From: an uncultured Chloroflexia bacterium
GTDB lineage: Bacteria > Chloroflexota > Limnocylindria > Limnocylindrales > CSP1-4
DNA length: 64,000 nt
Assembly: GCA_963825545.1 (NCBI GenBank)
Contig: CAWGTR010000006.1
Location: 223,475 to 287,474, forward strand
Reading direction: 5' to 3'
Shown here: piece after piece, positions 1 through 8,664 of the stretch
Layout: every line of letters starts with the position of its first letter
Position numbering within the stretch: position 1 is the stretch's first letter
Notes under the pieces: generated by a model
Told to the model about the DNA's origin: nothing
Database searches by the model: none
What the model saw: the letters and a program-made list of their open reading frames with translations, nothing else
Program-made: the position numbers and the translations under genes

Positions 1-225
1 CGGACCGAGGACCTGGCCTCGGGCGAGAACCTGGTCTTCGCGGCGACCGGGGTCACGAGCGGCGACCTGCTGCACGGCGTCCGCTTCTTCGGCGGCGGGG
101 CGCGGACGCACTCGCTCGTGATGGCCTACCAGTCGAAGCAGGTCCGCTTCGTCGACACCGTCCGCGATGTTCGACCGGGATCGGCCGCCGGCGGTTCGGC
201 TCTAGGAGGCGCGATCGATGGCTGA
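1..225 (+). CDS. glpX: fructose-1,6-bisphosphatase class II (GlpX), C-terminal fragment; 5' end lies outside the window
   Basis: Frame open from nt 1; translation ...[51 protein letters not shown] matches the conserved GlpX C-terminus; TGA at 223-225. Confidence 0.7.
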   Translation, partial: RTEDLASGENLVFAATGVTSGDLLHGVRFFGGGARTHSLVMAYQSKQVRFVDTVRDVRPGSAAGGSALGGAIDG

Positions 226-418
226 ACGACCGCAGCGCGGGTGGCGTGACCGCCTCCGACGGTGGCTCGACGGCGTGCTTCCGACACCACCGGACATCGA
301 CGAAGCCCGCGCGGAGCAGGCACTCGAGGACGAAGGCCTGACACCGGCCGAAGCCGAGGAACGTCGAGCGCTCCGCATCAAGGCCCAGGAGAAGGAAGGG
401 AAGGGGTCCTACCGCTAG
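218..418 (+). CDS. small hypothetical protein (66 aa), possibly translationally coupled to glpX
   Basis: ATG overlaps the glpX stop (ATGGCTGA). Glu/Lys-rich C-terminus. GC3 (~74%) is lower than in neighbouring genes, so coding status is uncertain. Confidence 0.3.
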   Translation: MAERPQRGWRDRLRRWLDGVLPTPPDIDEARAEQALEDEGLTPAEAEERRALRIKAQEKEGKGSYR

Positions 419-457
419 GTTGCCGTGAGCCCGGCGGCCTCGGCTGCAGAACCGGCA

Positions 458-1081
458 TCAGTCGAGAGGCTGCCAGGTCCGAAGCGACCGGCCCCAGCGC
501 GCGATCGGGACGGCCGCGTCGGGGCCCTCGGCGATCGAGCGGCGGGCACGGGCAGTGGCGACGCTCTCGCCCCAGCCGGGCGGGACGAGACCCGACGCAA
601 GGTCGGCGAGCGGGGCCAGGACGAACAGCCGCTCGCGCGCCTCGGGGTGCGGCACGACGAGCAGCCGGGCGGCCTTCGCCGGGTCAGTTCGGGCTTCGAC
701 CGAGCGACCCTCGGGCGGCCGCTCGACGGCGAGGCGGGCGCGGCCGAACACGAGCAGGTCCAGGTCGAGCTCGCGCGGTCCCCAGCGCCGCCGCGGGCGC
801 CGCCCGAACGCCCGCTCGAGGCCCTTGAGCGCGATGAGCAGCGCGAGGGCGCCCGTCGAGGGGTGCGGACCGGCCGGTACGTCGAGCGCCACGGCGGCGT
901 TGCGGAACGGAGGCTGGTCGGTCACGCCGACGGGCGTCGTCGTGTACAGCCGGGATACGCCGACAAGACGCACGCCCGGCAACGCCGCGAGCGCACGGAT
1001 CGCCGCCGCCATGGTGGCCGGCGCGTCGCCGACGTTCGCGCCCAGACCGACGTAGGCGCGTGTCCGTCTCGGCCTGGCCAT
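458..1081 (-). CDS. folK: 2-amino-4-hydroxy-6-hydroxymethyldihydropteridine pyrophosphokinase (HPPK)
   Basis: Translation MARPRRTRAYVGLGANVGD...RLYTTTPVG...PPFRNAAVALD...LDLDLL carries the HPPK signature motifs. Confidence 0.8.
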   Translation of the reverse strand: MARPRRTRAYVGLGANVGDAPATMAAAIRALAALPGVRLVGVSRLYTTTPVGVTDQPPFRNAAVALDVPAGPHPSTGALALLIALKGLERAFGRRPRRRWGPRELDLDLLVFGRARLAVERPPEGRSVEARTDPAKAARLLVVPHPEARERLFVLAPLADLASGLVPPGWGESVATARARRSIAEGPDAAVPIARWGRSLRTWQPLD

Positions 1082-1128
1082 CCGCCGCTGCCCTCCGTCG
1101 GCGCCCGCACCGTCGCTAGACTCGCCCG

Positions 1129-2231
1129 ATGGGTGCCGTCGAGGTCATCATCCTCCACCCGCTGCCGGGCCCGGCGAGCGGACCGCTCGAACGCGCCCTG
1201 GCTGAGACACGCGCCGAGGTAGCCGAGCGGAACCGGGCCGGGTTCGAGCCGCCGGGGCCGCCCGGGTCACGATCGTCGGCGGCGCTCCCGACGGCCGCCC
1301 GTTCGGATCCCGCCTGCCCGAGCTGCTCGCCACGGTCCGCCGCGGCCACGGGCTCGTCCTCCTGGGGTCGGGGGCGCTGCCGCTGGCGACGACCACCGAT
1401 CGCCGGGCGTTCGTCGCCGCGGCGGCCGCGGCCGCGCCTCGGGCGCTCGCGAACAACCGCTACTCCGCCGACGTCGTTGCAGTCTCCGCGTCGACGCTTC
1501 CCATCCTCGCCCGTCTGCCGCGCGAGTTCCCGGCCGACAACGCGCTGCCGCGCTGGCTGGTGGAGATCGGCGCAGTGCCGGTCGAAGACCTGCGGCGGCG
1601 CTGGCGGCTGGCGGTCGACCTCGACTCGCCACTCGATGCGATCCTCGTCGCCGCCGCCCGACGCCCGGGTCGGTCGGACCCGTACGTGCCGGCTGAGCTG
1701 GGGGACCGCGGCGAGGCCGTCGTCGCGCGGATCGAACGGCTCCGGTCGATCCTCGCGGACGCGCGCGCCGAGCTCGTCGTGGCCGGCCGGACCTCCGCGG
1801 CCACGCTCGTCTGGCTGGAGCGCTCCGCGCGCTGCCGGATCCGGGCGGTCGTCGAGGAGCGTGGCCTCCGGGCGTCGAGCCGCCTGGCGCTCGGGCCGGC
1901 CAGCCGGGCGCCGGCCCGCCGCCCACGGTCGCTCCTGGCGATGGCGCTCGAGCACGACGGCCCGGCGGCGCTCGGAGCGCGGCTCGCCGAACTCGGTGAC
2001 GGCGCACTCGTCGACACCCGGGTCCTGCTGGCCGACCGGCTTGGTGCGGACGAGGCGGCCTGGCCGCGACCGGAAGCGCGCTACGCGTCGGACCTGCTCG
2101 ATGCGACGGCCGTCGGCGAGCCGTGGCTCGCGGCCCTGACCGCAGCGGCGGCCGGCGCGACGATCCCGATCCTCCTGGGCGGCCACTCGCTTGTCGGACC
2201 GGGCATCCGGTTGATCGGTTCGCGGCGCTGA
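1129..2231 (+). CDS. hypothetical protein with an apparent -1 frameshift near nt 1245-1262
   Basis: N-terminus MGAVEVIILHPLPGPASGPLERALAETRAEVAERNRAGFEPPGPPG is in frame 1. The protein-like sequence then continues in frame 0 (RVTIVGGAPDGRPFGSRLPELLATVRRGHGLVLLGS...IPILLGGHSLVGPGIRLIGSRR*). A frame-0 stop at 1203-1205 and no ATG/GTG/TTG before 1263 mean frame 0 cannot initiate by itself. No confident family assignment. Confidence 0.4.
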
Positions 2232-2233
2232 GG

Positions 2234-3451
2234 ATGGACGGGTTCGAGGCCGGCCTGCGGCGCGTCCCCGGGCCGGAGCCGCTGCCCGTCAAGGGCGAGC
2301 CACGGCTTGTCGAGCGGATCCGCGCCGAGATCGCTTCGACCGGGCCACTGACGTTCGACCGATTCATGGAGCTCGCGCTCTACGAGCCGGATCTCGGCTA
2401 CTACCGCTCGCCGGCCGAGCGACCCGGTCGGGGTGGCGACTTCCTCACCGCGCCCGAGACGCACCCGATCTTCGGGGCGACGCTCGCCCGTCAGCTCGAC
2501 GAGGTTTACCGGCGGCTCGGCTCGCCGGGCCGGTTCGTCGTCCGCGAGTACGGCGCCGGGTCGGGGACGCTCGGACTGACGATCCTCCAGGCGATCGCCG
2601 GCGAGGGCCGTCTCGGCGAGGTCGCCGCGTCCCCGGCGCTTGCCCGGGCGATCCGCTACGCCCCGGTCGAGATCAACCCCTACCGTCGGGCAGAGCTCAT
2701 CGATCGGCTCACGGGCGCCGGGTTCGGCGGCGCCCTCGAGCTCGACCTCACGCCCGGCGTCGCCGTGCCCGGGGCGGTCGTCGCCAACGAGTTCCTCGAC
2801 GCGCTGCCGGTCCATCGCGTCGTCGGCCGGGCGGGCGGTGTGCGCGAGCTCCGGGTCGACTGGGCGGGTGACGGGTTCGCCGAGGTCGAGGCGGACCCAT
2901 CGACCCCGGCGATCGAGGCGCGGCTCGCGGCGGAGGGGATCGTGCTCGAGGACGGCATCCGGGCGGAGGTCTGTCTCGCGATCGACGGCTGGGTGGACGA
3001 AGTCGCGGCCGGCCTGGAGGGCGGGATCGTCGTCGTAATCGACTACGGCCGGGTGGCGATCGAGCTGTACGGCAGGCAGCGCCCGGCGGGCACGCTGATG
3101 GCCTACGCCGGCCATCGCGCGCACGACGATTGGGCCGTCGCCGTGGGTCGCCAGGACCTGACCGCCCACGTCGACTTCAGCGCCGTCGAGCGGGCCGCCG
3201 GCGCGGTCGGGCTCGACCAGCTGGGGCTGACCACCCAGGCCGAGTTCCTCGTCGGGGCCGGGATCGAGGAGCTGCTCGAATCGATCCGCTCCGATCCGTC
3301 GACCACGATCGAGTCCTGGCTGGCCGTCCGCTCGGCCGTCCGGCGACTGCTCGATCCGCGCGCGACCGGTGGCTTCCGCGTGGCGTTGCTCGGTCGTGGG
3401 ATCCCGATCGAGCCAGCGCTGCACGGCCTCGCCTACCGCCTCGGGCGCTGA
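2234..3451 (+). CDS. class I SAM-dependent methyltransferase, MidA/NDUFAF7 (DUF185) family
   Basis: MDGFEAGLRRVPG...LTFDRFMELALYEPDLGYYRS...GDFLTAPETHPIFGATLARQL...VVREYGAGSGTLGL... matches the MidA family. An in-frame upstream ATG at 2123 overlaps the preceding gene, so 2234 is preferred. The gene ends ~330 bp upstream of nuoA. Confidence 0.7.
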   Translation: MDGFEAGLRRVPGPEPLPVKGEPRLVERIRAEIASTGPLTFDRFMELALYEPDLGYYRSPAERPGRGGDFLTAPETHPIFGATLARQLDEVYRRLGSPGRFVVREYGAGSGTLGLTILQAIAGEGRLGEVAASPALARAIRYAPVEINPYRRAELIDRLTGAGFGGALELDLTPGVAVPGAVVANEFLDALPVHRVVGRAGGVRELRVDWAGDGFAEVEADPSTPAIEARLAAEGIVLEDGIRAEVCLAIDGWVDEVAAGLEGGIVVVIDYGRVAIELYGRQRPAGTLMAYAGHRAHDDWAVAVGRQDLTAHVDFSAVERAAGAVGLDQLGLTTQAEFLVGAGIEELLESIRSDPSTTIESWLAVRSAVRRLLDPRATGGFRVALLGRGIPIEPALHGLAYRLGR

Positions 3452-3779
3452 TTCGGGGGCCCCGAAGTACGGCATTCGCCCTATTGTCGGCGGACCCGCG
3501 AGGGGCGCAGGCTGGACTCGCCGGGGGGCGGCTCGCATCCCTGCTACGCGCGCTCGGCGCGAGTCGTCCCCCGGTATCCCATACCCCCTCCGGACCGTTC
3601 GGCGAGTACGCCCGGCGGTGCCTCGCCCGGGCGCCCGCGAGGGCGACCGCTGCTAGAATTGAGCGGCGTGGACCGCCCGGTCCCGTATGTCGTCCCGTGC
3701 CCGCACGGTTCCACATTCGCCGCGTCATGGAAACGCCGCCCAGCCGCCACAGCAAGCGGGGCGTGTCCGCGAGGTTGGA

Positions 3780-4136
3780 TTGACCGCCATCTGGTACGTC
3801 GTCGGGTTCGCCTTCGCCGGCGTCTCGTTCGTCCTGCTGACGATCGGCGCGGCCTGGCTGATCTCGCATCGGAACCGCGGGGACGAGCACAAGGGCCTCC
3901 CCTACGAGTCGGGGATCGACACCTTCGGCGACACCCACGGGCGGTTCGGGCTGTCGTTCTACATCTACGCCTTGCTGTTCGTGGCGTTCGACATCGAGGT
4001 GGTCTTCATCTACCTCTGGGCGATCGTCTTCCGGGATCTCCTCATCGGCGGCTTCGTGAGCATGCTCGTGTTCGTGGCGGTCCTGCTGCTCGGGCTGGCC
4101 TACGCCTGGCGGAAGGGCGTCCTCACGTGGCGCTGA
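3780..4136 (+). CDS. nuoA: NADH-quinone oxidoreductase subunit A
   Basis: Three-TM protein ...TAIWYVVGFAFAGVSFVLLTIGAAWLISHRNRGDEHKGLPYESGIDTFGD...FYIYALLFVAFDIEVVFIYLWAIVF... Preferred start is TTG 3780 (118 aa, typical NuoA length). An upstream in-frame ATG at 3687 would add a non-conserved Arg/Pro-rich leader. Confidence 0.75.
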   Translation: MTAIWYVVGFAFAGVSFVLLTIGAAWLISHRNRGDEHKGLPYESGIDTFGDTHGRFGLSFYIYALLFVAFDIEVVFIYLWAIVFRDLLIGGFVSMLVFVAVLLLGLAYAWRKGVLTWR

Positions 4137-4858
4137 AGGGCAACCCCCCGGCGGCGGACCTTCCCGCGCCGGCAGCGCCCGACGCAGCGACGAACGCGGT
4201 CGTGGTCGCCGGCGGGCGCGACCTGATCGTGCCGATCGTGGTCCCGAACACGCTCTGGGAATCGCCCACCACGGCGGCGTACGGCGGCCAGCCCGTCGGC
4301 GACACCCACCTGCGCGAGTTCGGGGCGACCGAGCTGGGGCGCCACGACGACGCCCGCTGGGGCGCCCTCGAGGTGATCCCGACGAAGGCGGACATCGTCC
4401 TCGACCTGATCCGGGCCAACAGCCTCTGGCCGCTGCTGTCGGGGCTGGCCTGCTGCGCGATCGAGATGATGTCGGCGGCGACCTCGAAGAACGACATGGA
4501 CCGCTGGGGCATGTTCCCGTTCCGGGCCAGCCCGCGCCAGGCCGACGTGCTGATCGTCGCCGGCACGCTGACGACGAAGATGGCCGGTCCGCTCATCCGC
4601 CTGTGGGAGCAGATGCCCGAGCCGAAGTGGTGTGTCGCGATGGGCGACTGCACCTGCTCGGGCGGCCGCTACAAGCGCAGCTACTCGACGATCCAGGGGA
4701 TCGACCGGGTCCTCCCGGTCGACGTCTACGTGCCCGGCTGCCCGCCCCGCCCGGAAGGGCTGATCTACGGGATGATGCGGCTCCAGCAGCTCGTCCTGGA
4801 GCGGCGCGGCCACTGGCCGGAGCGAGCGATCGGCCCGACGGTCCCGGACGGGGTCTGA
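4127..4858 (+). CDS. nuoB: NADH-quinone oxidoreductase subunit B (N2 cluster subunit)
   Basis: GTG start overlaps the nuoA stop. ...ANSLWPLLSGLACCAIEMM...DMDRWGMFPFRASPRQADVLIVAGTLTTKMAGP...KWCVAMGDCTCSGGRY...VYVPGCPPRPEGL matches NuoB, including the CC/C/C ligands. Confidence 0.85.
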   Translation: MALKGNPPAADLPAPAAPDAATNAVVVAGGRDLIVPIVVPNTLWESPTTAAYGGQPVGDTHLREFGATELGRHDDARWGALEVIPTKADIVLDLIRANSLWPLLSGLACCAIEMMSAATSKNDMDRWGMFPFRASPRQADVLIVAGTLTTKMAGPLIRLWEQMPEPKWCVAMGDCTCSGGRYKRSYSTIQGIDRVLPVDVYVPGCPPRPEGLIYGMMRLQQLVLERRGHWPERAIGPTVPDGV

Positions 4859-4863
4859 GCGCG

Positions 4864-5416
4864 ATGGATCGAGCCCTCAAGCGCCGCCTCGAGGCCCGCT
4901 TCGGAGAGCGGCTGCTCGGACCCGTCCGGCAGCGCCACGACGAGACCGAGATCCGGGTCGCGCCGGGCGACCTGCCCGAGGTGATGCGCGCCCTCCACGA
5001 CGAGCCCGACCTGCGCTTCGAGTCGCTGATGGACCTGTGCGGCGTCGACACCGGGACCGCGATGCAGACGGTCTACCACCTGTGGAGCGCGCACCACCTC
5101 GGACTGGCTCCGGGTGATCGCCGACGGCCTGTCCCGCGACGAGCCTCGGGTCCCGTCGGTCACCTTCCTGTGGAAGGGCGCCGAGTGGCAGGAGCGCGAG
5201 GCGTACGACATGTTCGGGATCGCGTTCGAGGGGAACCGCGACCTGCGCCGGATCTATATGCCGCCGGACTACACGAGCTTCCCGCTGCGCAAGGACTTCT
5301 ACCTGCCCGATGACGCCGCCCGCTCGCCCGGCGGCGGTGTCCGCCAGATGGAGCAGACCCACGCCCCGACGAACGCCACGGCCGAGGCGGCCGTGCGCCG
5401 CGCCAAGGTGAGCTGA
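4864..5416 (+). CDS. nuoC: NADH-quinone oxidoreductase subunit C, with an apparent +1 frameshift near nt 5098
   Basis: N-part (frame 1): [79 protein letters not shown]-part (frame 2): [70 protein letters not shown]. Both halves are NuoC-like; the frame changes between 5097 and 5099. Confidence 0.75.
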
Positions 5417-5426
5417 GGTCGATCGG

Positions 5427-6644
5427 ATGACCGTCGTTCGCCATCCGTCCGCCGACGACCCGCGGGTCATGCTCGACGAGGAGGTCGGGGTCTTCGAGCC
5501 CGTCCCGCCGTATCCCCCGCGGACCGAGCGTGAGGCCGAGTTCTACTCGCTCGGCGCGGGCGAGATGTTCATCAACATGGGGCCCCAGCACCCATCGACC
5601 CACGGCGTCCTGCGGGTCGTCCTCAAGATCGAGGGCGAGCGGGTCGTGGACCTCGACCCGGTCCTCGGCTACCTCCACCGCGGGGTCGAGAAGCTGTGCG
5701 AGAACGCCGACTACCACCACACGATCGCCTACACCGACCCGCTCGAGTACGTCAGCGCGCTGTTCAACGAATGGGCGCCGGTGATGGCCTTCGAGAAGCT
5801 GCTCGACGTCGAGGTGCCCCGCCGGGCCGAATACATCCGGGTCCTGTCCGGGGAGCTCAACCGGGTCGCCAGCCACGCCCTGTTCATGGGCTGGATGGCG
5901 CTCGACCTGGGCGGCCTCACCCCGATCCTGTGGAGCTTCATCGAGCGCGACGACATCGTCGACATGCTCGCCTCGCTGACCGGCCAGCGGATGCTCTTCA
6001 ACTACTTCCGGATCGGCGGCGTCAACGGCGACCTGAACCACGAGTTCATGAGCCGGCTCGGGACGTGGATGAGCAAGGCGACCGAGCAGATCGAGGCGAA
6101 CATCACGCTGCTCAACGAGAACGAGATCTTCGTCCGGCGGATGCGCGGCCTGGGAATCCTCGACCGTGAGACGGCCTTCCGGATGTGCATGACCGGCCCG
6201 AACATCCGCGCCTCGGGCGTGCCGCTCGACATGCGCCGCTCGCACCCGTACAGCGTTTACCCGGAGCTCGAGTTCGACATCCCGACCCGCCAGGAGGGCG
6301 ACTGCCTGGCGCGCTACCTCCTCCGCCTCGAGGAGATCAAGCAGAGCCTCCGGATCATCGACCAGTGCCTGAACCAGATGCCCGACGGGCCGATCATGGC
6401 CAAGCTGCCGCGGCTCATGCGACCCCGACCCGGGCGGGCCTACGCGGCCGTCGAGGGTCCGCGCGGCCAGTACGCGACCTATGCGATCAGTGACGGGACG
6501 GACCAGCCGTACCGGATGCGGATCCACGACCCGAGCTTCGTCCACCTCCAGGCCGTCGGGCTGCTGACGCCCGGCAACCTGATCGCCGACACGATGGCGA
6601 TCATGGCCTCGCTCGATCCGATCATGGGCGGCGTCGACAAGTAG
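5427..6644 (+). CDS. nuoD: NADH-quinone oxidoreductase subunit D
   Basis: 405 aa; ...FINMGPQHPSTHGVLRVVLKIEGERVVDLDPVLGYLHRGVEKLCE... is canonical 49-kDa subunit sequence. Confidence 0.9.
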   Translation: MTVVRHPSADDPRVMLDEEVGVFEPVPPYPPRTEREAEFYSLGAGEMFINMGPQHPSTHGVLRVVLKIEGERVVDLDPVLGYLHRGVEKLCENADYHHTIAYTDPLEYVSALFNEWAPVMAFEKLLDVEVPRRAEYIRVLSGELNRVASHALFMGWMALDLGGLTPILWSFIERDDIVDMLASLTGQRMLFNYFRIGGVNGDLNHEFMSRLGTWMSKATEQIEANITLLNENEIFVRRMRGLGILDRETAFRMCMTGPNIRASGVPLDMRRSHPYSVYPELEFDIPTRQEGDCLARYLLRLEEIKQSLRIIDQCLNQMPDGPIMAKLPRLMRPRPGRAYAAVEGPRGQYATYAISDGTDQPYRMRIHDPSFVHLQAVGLLTPGNLIADTMAIMASLDPIMGGVDK

Positions 6645-7991
6645 ATGACGATGCTCAGCCGCTCGTTCGGCCGCCTGACCCTGCCGGGCAAGATCATCTT
6701 CACGGTCGTCCCCCTCGTCCTCATCGTCGGCGGGGTGGCCACGGCGGCCGCGATCATCGCCGCGCCGCTCGTCATCGACTTCGTCGGGGCGAACCTGCCG
6801 CTCTTCCGGTTCGTGCTGGCGGCGACGGTCGTGCTGCTGATGACCGTCCCGACGGCGTTCCTGATCATCTACATGGAGATGAAGGTCATCGCCCTGATGA
6901 ACCTTCGCTACGGGCCGGACCGGGTGGGCCCGTTCGGCTCGCTCCTGTCGGTCGTGCACGGGCTCAAGGTCCTGATGAAGGAGGACTTCACCCCGACCGG
7001 TGCCGACTCGGTGGTCTTCACCTGGGCGCCGGTGGTCGTCTACATGGCCAGCGTGATGACCCTGCTGGTGCTGCCGTTCGCCCCGGGCCTGTTCGGGCAG
7101 GACCTCAACATCGGGCTGCTGTACTTCTTCGCGATGGGCGGGCTGGGCGTCGTCGGGCTGCTCATGGCCGGCTGGTCGAGCTTCAACAAGTACTCGCTGC
7201 TCGGCGGGCTGCGCTCGGCGGCGCAGGTCGTCAGCTACGAGATTCCGCTGACCCTGTCGGTCGTCGGGATCATCCTCCTTGCCGGGACCCTGAGCCTCAA
7301 CAAGATCACGCTCGACCAGTCCGGCAGCCTGTTCGACTGGTTCGTGTTCAAGCAGCCGCTGGCGTTCCTCATCTTCTTCATCGCCGCTACGGCCGAGGCC
7401 AACCGGACGCCGTTCGACCTGACCGAGGCCGACTCGGAGATCGTGGCCGGGTTCGCCACCGAGTACTCGGGGATGCGCTTCGGGTTCTTCTTCTTCGCCG
7501 AGTACGTGAACGTGTTCATCATCTCGGGGCTCACCGTCGCGCTCTTCTTCGGCGGCTGGAACGCCCCGTTCGACTGGCCCTGGCCGATCACGCCGCACCC
7601 GGATCCGGGCGGCATGGGGGTCGGCCTGCTCGTCGCCATCGGGCTCGTGCCGCCGATCCTGATCCTCGTCCTCGGGCTGCCGTTCTATCTCGTCAACAGC
7701 CGGACGAAGCTGTGGCAGGCCCTGGTGATCGGGTTCGTCCTGTTCAACGTCCTCGCGGTCGCCGCGCTCATCGGGCTTGCCTTCCTCAGCTTCGACTGGG
7801 TCGTCGGCCTGTTCTGGTTCCTGATGAAGACGTACGCCTTCGTGTTCATGTTCGTCTGGATGCGCGGCACGCTGCCGCGGGTCCGGATCGACCAGCTCAT
7901 GGGCTTCGCCTGGAAGTGGCTGCTGCCCGCCTCGCTGCTCAACCTGTTCGTGACCGCCCTGGCGATCGTGCTCGTCGAGGGCGTTCGATGA
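6645..7991 (+). CDS. nuoH: NADH-quinone oxidoreductase subunit H
   Basis: 448 aa polytopic membrane protein; ATG immediately follows the nuoD TAG. NuoH/ND1 motifs ...MNLRYGPDRVGPFGSLLSVVHGLKVLMKEDF...GWSSFNKYSLLGGLRSAAQVVSYEIP... Confidence 0.9.
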   Translation: MTMLSRSFGRLTLPGKIIFTVVPLVLIVGGVATAAAIIAAPLVIDFVGANLPLFRFVLAATVVLLMTVPTAFLIIYMEMKVIALMNLRYGPDRVGPFGSLLSVVHGLKVLMKEDFTPTGADSVVFTWAPVVVYMASVMTLLVLPFAPGLFGQDLNIGLLYFFAMGGLGVVGLLMAGWSSFNKYSLLGGLRSAAQVVSYEIPLTLSVVGIILLAGTLSLNKITLDQSGSLFDWFVFKQPLAFLIFFIAATAEANRTPFDLTEADSEIVAGFATEYSGMRFGFFFFAEYVNVFIISGLTVALFFGGWNAPFDWPWPITPHPDPGGMGVGLLVAIGLVPPILILVLGLPFYLVNSRTKLWQALVIGFVLFNVLAVAALIGLAFLSFDWVVGLFWFLMKTYAFVFMFVWMRGTLPRVRIDQLMGFAWKWLLPASLLNLFVTALAIVLVEGVR

Positions 7992-8001
7992 GCGCCGGGC
8001 G

Positions 8002-8664
8002 ATGACGTTCGTCCCGGGCCTTGGCCTCGTCAAGGGGATGGCGCTGACCCTGCGCCGCTTCTTCGAGCCGAAGGTGACGAACCTGTACCCGGAGGTCCCC
8101 GCCCAGATCCCGCCCAAGTTCCGCGGCCGGCTGCAGCTCCTGTACGACGAGTGGGGCACGCTCAAGTGCGAGACCTGCTTCCAGTGCGCCCAGGCCTGCC
8201 CGATCGAGTGCATCGACATGGGCGGTACCGACACCAAGGGCCGTTACGCCGTCCACTGGGGGGCGCCCGAGACGTACGGCGAACGGCGCGAGGAGTCGGC
8301 CCTCCGGCGGTCGGGCCGGACCGTGCCCGACCCCGCTTACGAGCACTTCCACGGGATCGATCTGGCGGCCGTGGATGCCGTTCTCGACGAGGTCGACCAC
8401 GATCCGCGCGAGATGCTCCGGATCCTGGCCGCGATCCAGGACGCGTACGGCTACGTACCCGTGGCCGCGCTCAAGCGGGTCAGCGAGGCGACCGGCGCGT
8501 GGTACGCGATGCTGTATGGCACGGCGACCTACTACGACCACCTCGCGGTCGGGGCACGGGAGACGGCGCCGAGCGCCGACGACGCCTACGTCGGAGCGCT
8601 CGAGGGGGCCCTCCACGGTGGCATCGACGACGGGGCGGCGAGCCGGGACGCGGGCGCCCGATGA
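8002..8664 (+). CDS. fusion protein: NuoI N-terminal half (single CxxCxxCxxxCP motif) joined to a NuoE-like N-terminal helical domain lacking the [2Fe-2S] cysteines
   Basis: Residues 1-75: LYPEVPAQIPPKFRGRLQLLYDEWGTLKCETCFQCAQACPIECIDM is the NuoI N-terminus plus first ferredoxin motif; no second CxxCxxCxxxCP follows in any frame. Residues ~120-175: REMLRILAAIQDAYGYVPVAALKRVSEATGAWYAMLYGTATYYDHL resemble the NuoE N-domain. The protein ends 40 aa later with no Cys. The stop overlaps the next ATG (ATGA). Confidence 0.65.
   Translation: MTFVPGLGLVKGMALTLRRFFEPKVTNLYPEVPAQIPPKFRGRLQLLYDEWGTLKCETCFQCAQACPIECIDMGGTDTKGRYAVHWGAPETYGERREESALRRSGRTVPDPAYEHFHGIDLAAVDAVLDEVDHDPREMLRILAAIQDAYGYVPVAALKRVSEATGAWYAMLYGTATYYDHLAVGARETAPSADDAYVGALEGALHGGIDDGAASRDAGAR

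Noticed and set aside
3659-4126. Long N-terminal extensions in the ORF track for nuoB (from 3659), nuoA (from 3687), dnaA (to 47847), corA (to 21928), smpB (to 54738), ctpA (to 57257) and yidC (from 48597)
   Set aside because: The extensions are non-conserved and Arg/Pro-rich, overlap upstream genes or promoters, and internal starts give products of canonical length with conserved N-termini.
5160-8237. 1025-aa minus-strand ORF (also 9710-13090 at 1126 aa, 13448-15841 at 797 aa, 50611-53178 at 855 aa, 54873-57257 N-terminal part, 29914-31869)
   Set aside because: They are antisense to well-supported genes (nuoD/H, nuoG-L, vanW-like, the giant GT-C). Their translations are Arg/Asp/Gly/Pro-rich, low-complexity and non-protein-like, which is typical of stop-codon-poor antisense frames in high-GC DNA.
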